Source of the DNA: Minisyncoccota bacterium
GTDB lineage: Bacteria > Patescibacteriota > Minisyncoccia > Phycocordibacterales > DATEUR01
Length of the DNA: 39,931 nt
NCBI GenBank assembly: GCA_035583565.1
Contig: DATEUR010000036.1
Span: 1 to 39,931 of the forward strand
Reading direction: 5' to 3'
Below are positions 15,533 through 21,678 of the stretch, piece by piece (the first letter of the stretch is position 1; the number at the start of each line of letters is the position of its first letter). The translations under genes and the position numbers were made by a program. A model generated the notes under the pieces. The model was not told where the DNA came from, ran no database searches, and saw only the letters and a list, made by a program, of their open reading frames with translations.

Positions 15533-15711
15533 GCAACTGTCATACATCTTATTGATCCGTTTGCGTCGACCAAAGAGACGGCACTGTCGTTCGCACCCCT
15601 TTGCCCGTTACTCGGCTTGGGGGCGGTCTCACTGTCGGTACTCTTCCCTATCCCGGAGACATCGGATTTTGGGAAGGGATTACTGTCTCATCACTGGGCG
15701 ATTGTAAATTT

Positions 15712-16113
15712 CTAGTTCTTTTTTCTTCTTTCTCTTGCTTCTGATTCCTCAGATGGTCTATTCAAGATTAAAAACAGAGCAGCAAGAGAAATAAACATAG
15801 CAGTTACTGGAGGATTACCGGCGACACTAGCTATTAACCCCGATAAGGAAAACAGAATAGGTACTACTATCCTTAAATCCCATTCGTAATGAGCTACAAA
15901 ATAGGCGGAGGTGAGAGCAGAGGTGATAAAGAGGCCGAGTATACTCCCTACAAGGAGGTTTTCAGCATTTTCCTCTGAGCCGCGAATTTCGTAATCAAGA
16001 TACGCCCATTGATATGAATCAGAATTCAGTACTGATGACCAAATCAATGAAGAAATTAGACAGGCGATAGATAAACCGCCAAGAATAAAAGTTGCTATTT
16101 TAAGTTTTTTCAT
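15712..16113 (-). CDS. four-TM membrane protein (hypothetical)
   Basis: 133 aa with four hydrophobic helices and a basic C-terminal tail (EARERRKKN). Confidence 0.65.
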   Translation of the reverse strand: MKKLKIATFILGGLSIACLISSLIWSSVLNSDSYQWAYLDYEIRGSEENAENLLVGSILGLFITSALTSAYFVAHYEWDLRIVVPILFSLSGLIASVAGNPPVTAMFISLAALFLILNRPSEESEARERRKKN

Positions 16114-16272
16114 TGTAAAGAACTTTAGGGTTGATGTTTCAGGAACCAGGTTTAACTTTAGTTTAATTGTAATTGATTTCTAGATTTCCAAAAGACTCAG
16201 CTTGTTTAATTAAATAGGAGTAATTTAACTGCCTAAATAATACCATAATAGAGACGGATTTGTCAAGTCCAC

Positions 16273-16737
16273 TCAAACCGTAATATTCTCAATCAGTGTC
16301 ACTTGCCCTACCTTTTTTGACAAATTTAGTTTCACCACGGCGATATCAATTTGCCACGGTAAATCAAGGTTTTTTTCAGCTAGATAACCCTCAACAGTTC
16401 TAAATAAACGCTTTAATTTCCAAGGATGGACGTTCTCCTCCGGCCTGTATGTTTCATATGAAACCTTGTTTTTGGTTTCATGTGGAACACCCTGTGACTT
16501 ACTGGCCTGATTAGCAACGGTTTCATGTGTAACCTTATTAGATGTTTCATATGAAACACCGGCTTTTACTTCAATAAAATGCAAAACACCGCCCTTTTTG
16601 GCGACAACATCAATTTCACCCCATTTTTTTGTATAGTTTCTTTCCAAAATGGAAAAACCGTTTTTCATAAGAAATCGGCAGGCGAGATCCTCACCGATTT
16701 CCCCTATTTTTTGGGCTTTTGAACTAAATTTCTTCAC
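16273..16737 (-). CDS. yraN: YraN-family (UPF0102) endonuclease-like protein with an internal insert of about 35 aa
   Basis: 154 aa. Core motifs [34 protein letters not shown] and QIDIAVV are interrupted by [38 protein letters not shown]. Confidence 0.85.
   Translation of the reverse strand: MKKFSSKAQKIGEIGEDLACRFLMKNGFSILERNYTKKWGEIDVVAKKGGVLHFIEVKAGVSYETSNKVTHETVANQASKSQGVPHETKNKVSYETYRPEENVHPWKLKRLFRTVEGYLAEKNLDLPWQIDIAVVKLNLSKKVGQVTLIENITV
16451..16557. repeat. four copies of a 14-nt palindrome inside yraN
   Basis: GTTTCATATGAAAC at 16451 and 16544 (perfect). GTTTCATGTGGAAC at 16475 and GTTTCATGTGTAAC at 16520. Start-to-start spacings are 24, 45 and 24 nt. Confidence 0.9.
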
Positions 16738-16850
16738 GTTAGCAACATGCTTTTCCCCGTTTCAAATTTATTGAGAAATCCTGGTCCTGTAAAAAGACGG
16801 GGGTAACCGTTTTAAAGGACATCTTAACGGACATGGACAAGATTTTTTTG

Positions 16851-16921
16851 TGCGGCCAGGGAGAATCGAACTCCCACCTGCTCGTTGGCAACGAGCCGTC
16901 CTACCACTAAACCATGGCCGC
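16851..16921 (-). tRNA. tRNA-Gly (anticodon GCC)
   Basis: Acceptor GCGGCCA/TGGCCGC, anticodon stem GCTCG/CGAGC, loop TTGCCAA, T-arm GGGAG TTCGATT CTCCC. 71 nt, no CCA. Confidence 0.9.
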
Positions 16922-17030
16922 AGAATTATTTAAATTGTTTTAAGATATACTCCGGTAAAATTTGCATCCATGTTAACATTTTTTCCTTGAGAAATCTACC
17001 ATGGAAAATAAAAAGGATGCCTGACATCGT

Positions 17031-17102
17031 ATCCCCCGGCAGGAATCGAACCCATATCACGGGATCCGGAATCCCGTATTCTATCCATTGAACTACGAGG
17101 GA
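17031..17102 (-). tRNA. tRNA-Arg (anticodon CCG)
   Basis: Acceptor TCCCTCG/CGGGGGA (U1:A72), anticodon stem CGGGA/TCCCG, loop TTCCGGA. T-arm ATGGG TTCGATT CCTGC has wobble pairs. No CCA. Confidence 0.8.
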
Positions 17103-17221
17103 AGCAAGGCATTTGCATTATACAGCCAGTTTCAAAAGTGTTTTAGCAGAAATTTCTGACTGAAACTAATCGATGACAACTTGAACGCCGAAGGTTGATC
17201 TTACAAGGGGAATTGGAGTAA

Positions 17222-17253
17222 TTACTTCGAAACTTTGTTGTGTTTCGAAGTAA
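17222..17253. promoter_or_regulatory. perfect 12-bp inverted repeat over the -35 region of the HNH gene
   Basis: TTACTTCGAAAC / tttgttgt / GTTTCGAAGTAA, ending 8 nt before the TATAAT box. Confidence 0.6.
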
Positions 17254-17260
17254 GCCAAGA

Positions 17261-17266
17261 TATAAT
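17261..17266 (+). promoter_or_regulatory. -10 box 7 nt upstream of the HNH ATG (leaderless geometry)
   Basis: TATAAT then tagatta then ATG (17274). Confidence 0.4.
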
Positions 17267-17273
17267 TAGATTA

Positions 17274-17723
17274 ATGAAAAGGTGCACCAGCTGCAAAAAA
17301 AGAAAGCTGATTAGTAATTTTAATTTCAAAATCAAAGCCTTGGGATTGCGCCATTACCAATGTAAAGACTGTACTAGACTGTTTGTGAAGAATCACTACA
17401 ATAAGAACAAGGGGTACTATCTGGAAAAAACACGGAAACGAAACAAAGAATTAAGGTTAGAAATACTAAAATATATCCGTCAATATTTATTACGGAACCC
17501 ATGCGTAGATTGTGGTGAATCAGATATTACGGTTCTTGAATTTGATCATAAAGGTGAAGTCCCAAAATTTAAAGCTGTTTCCAGTTTAGCAAGATCTCGT
17601 TATCCGCTGGCAAAAATCAAAGAAGAAATCAATAAATGTGAGGTGCGATGCGCTAATTGTCATAGAAGAAAAACAGCAAAAGAATTTAGATGGTTTAAAA
17701 ACAATAATGCCCTTGTAGCTTAA
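17274..17723 (+). CDS. HNH endonuclease with an N-terminal Cys4 zinc ribbon
   Basis: Starts MKRCTSCKK...CKDC, then CVDCGESDITVLEFDHKG ... CEVRCANCHRRKT (HNH motif). The track ORF's TTG start at 17235 is rejected in favour of the ATG at 17274. The stop codon lies inside tRNA-Arg. Confidence 0.85.
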   Translation: MKRCTSCKKRKLISNFNFKIKALGLRHYQCKDCTRLFVKNHYNKNKGYYLEKTRKRNKELRLEILKYIRQYLLRNPCVDCGESDITVLEFDHKGEVPKFKAVSSLARSRYPLAKIKEEINKCEVRCANCHRRKTAKEFRWFKNNNALVA

Positions 17724-17780
17724 AGGATAAAGTACTGGTCTTCGAAACCAGTGATGGGGGTTCGATTCCCTCCAGGGGCA
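17709..17780 (+). tRNA. tRNA-Arg (anticodon UCG)
   Basis: Acceptor GCCCTTG/CAGGGGC, anticodon stem CTGGT/ACCAG, loop CTTCGAA, T-arm GGGGG TTCGATT CCCTC. 72 nt, no CCA. Confidence 0.9.
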
Positions 17781-17791
17781 AAAATATAAAA

Positions 17792-19252
17792 ATGCAAAAC
17801 AAAATTCCTCTTGAGGTTTCACATGTAACCGAATCCTTAGAAAAGGCCGGATTTAAGGCCTTTTTGGTTGGCGGTTGTGTGCGTGATCTCATTATTGGGA
17901 AAAAACCAAAGGACTGGGATATTACTACAAATGGGAAACCGGAACAAATCGAAAAACTTTTTCCAAAAACAGTTTATGAAAACAAATTTGGCACTGTCGC
18001 CGTAATTACTGAGTCCTTAGATGAAACACTGAAAGTAGTTGAAGTGACTCCATTTCGTCTTGAAGCAAAATACAGCGACTTTCGACACCCTGATTCAGTT
18101 ACTTTTGCTGATAAACTTGAAGACGATTTGGCTCGACGTGATTTTACCGTTAACGCAATAGCCATTGGAACAGGAGGGGAAGTGGTTGACCCTCATGATG
18201 GCCAAAAAGACTTGAAAAATAAGGTTATTCGGGCGGTTGGCAACCCTCTCGAGCGTTTCCATGAAGATGCCCTCCGGATGCTCCGAGCGATTCGCTTGGC
18301 TGGGGAACTTGGTTTCGAAATTGAAAAAGAAACTCAGGAAGCAATCAAAAAAACCGCGAAATTTCTTGCTGAAATTTCTGCTGAAAGAATTCGTGATGAA
18401 TTTGTTAAAATTGTCATGAGTCAAAGCCCAATGAAAGGAATTCTTCTTTTGGAAGAAACCGGGCTACTTGAATTTGTTATTCCCGAATTGCGAGAGGGGA
18501 TTGGAACAAAGCAAAACAAAGACCATATTTACGATGTTTGGGAACACAGTCTCCGTGCGGCCGAACACGGCGCCAAAAAGGGCTGGCCGCTCGAGACAAG
18601 ATTAGCGGCCCTTTTCCACGACATTGCCAAGCCCCGAACCCGGGAATACGTCCAAGAAAAGAAAGATTTCACTTTCTACGGTCATGATGTCGTGGGTGCG
18701 AAAATGACCCAAAAAATCCTGGAACGCTTGCGATTTTCCCGCAAAGAAACGGAAATTGTCAGCAAACTCGTCCGATATCACATGTTTTTTTCCGATGTCG
18801 AAAAAATTACCTTATCGGCTGTCAGACGGTTACTTGTCAAAGTAGGGAAGGAAAATATTTGGATATTGATGAATGTAAGAAATTGCGATCGGATCGGCAT
18901 GGGCCGGCCGAAAGAATCGCCTTATCGCTTGCGAAAATACGAATCAATGATCGAAGAGGTGATGCGTGATCCAATTTCCGTGGGGATGTTAAAGATTAAC
19001 GGCGGCCGGATTATTGAGATAACGGGAGAGAAACCGGGACCGCGAATAGGTTTTATTTTGCACGCCCTTCTTGAAGAAGTCTTAGAAGACCCTAGTTTAA
19101 ATACGGAAGGGTATTTGGAAAAAAGAGCTGGTGAACTTGCGGCGCTTTCGCTAAAAGATTTGGAAGAATTAGGAAAAGCCGGAAAGGAAAAGAGGGAGGA
19201 ACTCGAAGAACGCGAGCTTGGCGAGATCCGCAAAAAATACGGGGTAAGATAA
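17792..19252 (+). CDS. cca: CCA-adding enzyme (tRNA nucleotidyltransferase with HD domain)
   Basis: 486 aa with GGCVRDLIIGKKPKDWDITT, RRDFTVNA and an HD region (LFHDIAKP, YGHD). Confidence 0.9.
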   Translation: MQNKIPLEVSHVTESLEKAGFKAFLVGGCVRDLIIGKKPKDWDITTNGKPEQIEKLFPKTVYENKFGTVAVITESLDETLKVVEVTPFRLEAKYSDFRHPDSVTFADKLEDDLARRDFTVNAIAIGTGGEVVDPHDGQKDLKNKVIRAVGNPLERFHEDALRMLRAIRLAGELGFEIEKETQEAIKKTAKFLAEISAERIRDEFVKIVMSQSPMKGILLLEETGLLEFVIPELREGIGTKQNKDHIYDVWEHSLRAAEHGAKKGWPLETRLAALFHDIAKPRTREYVQEKKDFTFYGHDVVGAKMTQKILERLRFSRKETEIVSKLVRYHMFFSDVEKITLSAVRRLLVKVGKENIWILMNVRNCDRIGMGRPKESPYRLRKYESMIEEVMRDPISVGMLKINGGRIIEITGEKPGPRIGFILHALLEEVLEDPSLNTEGYLEKRAGELAALSLKDLEELGKAGKEKREELEERELGEIRKKYGVR

Positions 19253-19258
19253 TTATTC

Positions 19259-19286
19259 TTGCAATTCGATTCAAAACGGCTATAAT
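19259..19286 (+). promoter_or_regulatory. sigma70-like promoter
   Basis: TTGCAA, 16-nt spacer, TATAAT, 53 nt before the ATG at 19340. Confidence 0.45.
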
Positions 19287-19339
19287 GGTGGGCTCGTTCT
19301 TTAAATCATCAACATTCAATCTTTAACACCTATCTCCAG

Positions 19340-19708
19340 ATGAAAAATCTCTATGTTTTGCTGACCTTTTGGGCCGTAATTTTTGGTATTATTGTTTTCA
19401 ATCAAATTTACAAAGATTGGCCAATCGCTTTTGGATTGACATTACTCTGTGTAACTAGTATCTGGTGTGTTATTTTAATTTCCAGAAAAATTTTGTGCCT
19501 GGATACCTGGGATGGCTCGATTGGTAAAACTGTTCCGCCTGCAACACAAATTTTCTTTGAAAAGGTTCCGCCCGCCGTCCAAAAAGAACTTTTAAATTTC
19601 GAAGAAAAAAGAAAATTAGAAGATCAAATGGAAAGTGAAACCGGGGTTCCCATAAAAACCCATAACGAGATCCATGATGGATACACCCATGCGGACAGTT
19701 ATCGTTGA
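19340..19708 (+). CDS. two-TM membrane protein (hypothetical)
   Basis: 122 aa with two N-terminal helices and a hydrophilic tail. Confidence 0.6.
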   Translation: MKNLYVLLTFWAVIFGIIVFNQIYKDWPIAFGLTLLCVTSIWCVILISRKILCLDTWDGSIGKTVPPATQIFFEKVPPAVQKELLNFEEKRKLEDQMESETGVPIKTHNEIHDGYTHADSYR

Positions 19709-19732
19709 TGACAGTGATATTGTTCAAATTTT

Positions 19733-19760
19733 ACCCCTTGGCTTGCCAAGGGGTTTTTTA
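19733..19760. terminator. bidirectional terminator hairpin
   Basis: ACCCCTTGGC tt GCCAAGGGGT followed by TTTTTT. It overlaps the stop codon of the convergent recombinase gene. Confidence 0.6.
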
Positions 19761-20672
19761 ATTCTTTTTGCCGTGGAATTTTTTATGGATTTCCTTGAGT
19801 TGGCGATCGGTAACGTGGGTGTAAATTTGAGTAGTAGTAACACTCGCATGACCAAGCATTACCTGAACGCTTCGGATATCGGCGCCGTTTTGGAGAAGAT
19901 CCGTCGCAAAGCAGTGCCGGATCACATGCGGCGTCACTTTTTTTGAAATGCCCGCCTTAATCGCGTAGTGTTTGACGATCCGCTCAATCGAACGGCGGGC
20001 CAGTCCTTCTTTTTCTTTGCTTGCCTTTTCCGTTCCGACTTTCACAAAAAGAGCATCGTCGAAATCCTTCCTTTTTTTAAGATATTCACTGACGGTCTTT
20101 TTCGCTTCAGGTGAAAGAAAGACAACTCGCACTTTGCCGCCTTTGCCGCGGATTGAGAACTCATCGGTGGAAAAATCCAGATCGCGCGTGAGTGAGCAAA
20201 GCTCCGAAACCCGGAGGCCAGTGGAAAAAAGAAGCTCCAAAATTGCCCGGTCGCGAAGAGATTTCAAATCATCGCCATCCGGGGCAGCGAGGAGCCGAGA
20301 AAGCTCTTGCGGGGAAACGAGGTCAAGGGAGCGCTCCGGGACTTTGGCGAGATCAATCCGTTCGGCGGAAAGAGAGGCAACGCCGCGGCGGGCGAGATAT
20401 TTAAGAAACGCCCGAAGGCCGATGAGATAATAATTTTGGGTTTTTTTCTTCAAGGTTTCGCCAGTCGCGCGGTTATTGCCAGCTGATTGGCGATTAAGTG
20501 CGAGACGGAACTCACGCACCACCTCGTCGGTGATTTCTTTTGGGTCTTTTATTTTCGAAAACTCAAGAAAGCGCGAAAGATAGCGATCGTAGTTTTCAAG
20601 GGTCTTTAGGCTTTGACCCTTTTCGATTTCCAAATGCTCTAAAAATTCTCTTTTTAATTTTTTAAGCGTCAT
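19758..20672 (-). CDS. xerC: XerC/XerD-family tyrosine recombinase
   Basis: 304 aa with an N-terminal SAM-like core-binding domain and catalytic region ...GLRVSE..., HVIRHCFATDLL, LGHASVTTTQIYTHV. Confidence 0.9.
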   Translation of the reverse strand: MTLKKLKREFLEHLEIEKGQSLKTLENYDRYLSRFLEFSKIKDPKEITDEVVREFRLALNRQSAGNNRATGETLKKKTQNYYLIGLRAFLKYLARRGVASLSAERIDLAKVPERSLDLVSPQELSRLLAAPDGDDLKSLRDRAILELLFSTGLRVSELCSLTRDLDFSTDEFSIRGKGGKVRVVFLSPEAKKTVSEYLKKRKDFDDALFVKVGTEKASKEKEGLARRSIERIVKHYAIKAGISKKVTPHVIRHCFATDLLQNGADIRSVQVMLGHASVTTTQIYTHVTDRQLKEIHKKFHGKKN

Positions 20673-20678
20673 GATCTA

Positions 20679-20684
20679 ATTCTA
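20679..20684 (-). promoter_or_regulatory. -10 box 6 nt upstream of the recombinase ATG (leaderless geometry)
   Basis: Reverse strand reads TAGAAT tagatc ATG. Confidence 0.35.
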
Positions 20685-20734
20685 AAGTATCCGCCAATGT
20701 CGCACAACATCCTGCGACACCGAGTATCGGATTT

Positions 20735-20763
20735 TTGCAATTTTTGGGATTTTTTGTTACAAT
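20735..20763 (+). promoter_or_regulatory. sigma70-like promoter of rpsO, -10 box 8 nt from the ATG
   Basis: TTGCAA, 17-nt spacer, TACAAT, then tcgagttc ATG. Confidence 0.5.
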
Positions 20764-20771
20764 TCGAGTTC

Positions 20772-21032
20772 ATGTTAGCTAAAAAGAAAAAACAGGATGT
20801 CATAAAAAAGGCCCAAACCCATGCTAAAGACACGGGTAGCCCCGAAGTCCAAGCGGGCGTTTTAACAGCGCGAATTGAAGAATTAACCAAGCATTTGAAA
20901 AAACACAAAAAGGATTTCCATTCCCGAAAAGGGCTTCTTAAAATGGTCGCCAGCCGCCGCAAACTCTTGAAGAATCTTGAAAAAGTTGACGTCAGGCGCC
21001 ATAAGGCGCTTGTCAAGAAACTCGGCCTTTAA
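20772..21032 (+). CDS. rpsO: 30S ribosomal protein S15
   Basis: 86 aa from the internal ATG of the track ORF: GSPEVQAGVLTARIEELTKHLKKHKKDFHSRKGLLKMVASRRKLLKNL. Confidence 0.9.
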   Translation: MLAKKKKQDVIKKAQTHAKDTGSPEVQAGVLTARIEELTKHLKKHKKDFHSRKGLLKMVASRRKLLKNLEKVDVRRHKALVKKLGL

Positions 21033-21035
21033 TCT

Positions 21036-21548
21036 ATGGCTATTATCAAACATAAAGAACAGCGAGTCGGGGTCTTCATCGACACCCAGAATCTTTACCA
21101 CAGCGCCAAAAACCTTTATAAAAGAAAGGTTAATTTTGGCGCCATTTTAAAAGATGCCCTCGCTGGCCGCAAACTCGTTCGGGCCACGGCTTACGTCATC
21201 ACAACTGAAAGTGGAGAAGAAAAAGCTTTTTTTGAAGCGCTGGAAAAACTTGGCATTGAAGCGAAAACAAAGGATCTTCAGATTTTTGCCGGCGGGGCTA
21301 AAAAAGCCGATTGGGACGTAGGGCTCGCGATTGACGCAATTAAGATGGTGCCGAGGCTTGATGTGATTGTCCTCGTGTCTGGTGACGGTGATTTTGTTCC
21401 CCTTGTTGAATATTTGAAGGGCGCTTACCTTGCCCAAGTCGAAGCGATGACATTCGGCCGCAGCGCTTCCGCCAAATTAAAAGAGGCGGTTGATGAATTC
21501 ACTGATCTTGATAAAAATCCCCGCAAATACTTGATTGGATATAAATAA
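21036..21548 (+). CDS. NYN-domain (LabA/DUF88-like) putative ribonuclease
   Basis: 170 aa with RVGVFIDTQNLYHSAK, ADWDVGLAIDA and VLVSGDGDFVPLVEYLK. Starts 3 nt after the rpsO stop. Confidence 0.85.
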   Translation: MAIIKHKEQRVGVFIDTQNLYHSAKNLYKRKVNFGAILKDALAGRKLVRATAYVITTESGEEKAFFEALEKLGIEAKTKDLQIFAGGAKKADWDVGLAIDAIKMVPRLDVIVLVSGDGDFVPLVEYLKGAYLAQVEAMTFGRSASAKLKEAVDEFTDLDKNPRKYLIGYK

Positions 21549-21579
21549 ACTGCTAATATAGCTTAGTTATAAGTAATTT

Positions 21580-21640
21580 GTTAGTCTTCGGACAGGTAGA
21601 ATTGCAAAGATTTTTGCAACTCTAAAGTCTGAAGATTAAC
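21580..21640 (+). promoter_or_regulatory. long stem-loop in the pnp leader
   Basis: GTTAGTCTTCGGAC pairs with GTCTGAAGATTAAC (14 bp including 2 G:U). It encloses a second hairpin, TTGCAAA/TTTGCAA. Confidence 0.5.
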
Positions 21641-21678
21641 ATCCTGCTTGGCAACTTGATTGCCGGCAAAAATTTAGT

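Noticed and set aside
15533-15711. c-di-GMP-I (GEMM-I) riboswitch, because the reverse strand contains GGGCAAAGGGG... and GACGCAAACGG
   Set aside because: The spacing between the two motifs is about twice that of the known aptamer. The expected tetraloop/receptor helices cannot be drawn. The element lies downstream of a gene and ends in a terminator 105 nt before the next gene, which has its own likely -10 box.
15527-15715. 62-aa + strand ORF (hydrophobic stretch) as a small membrane peptide or type I toxin
   Set aside because: Its ATG lies inside the terminator stem and I could find no promoter. It exactly spans the G+C-rich non-coding element and overlaps the stop of the convergent gene. 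Chance openness of a G+C-rich segment is more likely, though antisense-toxin logic cannot be fully excluded.
7128-17253. A shared GTTTC...GAAAC core linking the clpP-upstream repeat, the yraN palindromes, the HNH-upstream inverted repeat and hairpins near 11449 and 17125
   Set aside because: A 5-mer is expected dozens of times in 40 kb of AT-rich DNA. Beyond the pentamer the elements do not align, so I do not treat them as one family.
19758-20672. Tyrosine recombinase as the integrase of a mobile element
   Set aside because: It has the XerC/D-type two-domain layout and catalytic motifs. It sits between housekeeping genes (cca, rpsO) with no flanking direct repeats, excisionase or cargo. A chromosome dimer-resolution role is the simpler reading.
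20697-20771. N-terminal extensions offered by the ORF track (rpsO from 20697, comM from 25124, rsmA from 30165, HNH from 17235, hypothetical gene from 14758)
   Set aside because: The extensions encode non-conserved, odd-composition peptides. They begin at non-ATG codons or run across promoter elements. Internal ATGs give proteins that start where the families normally start.
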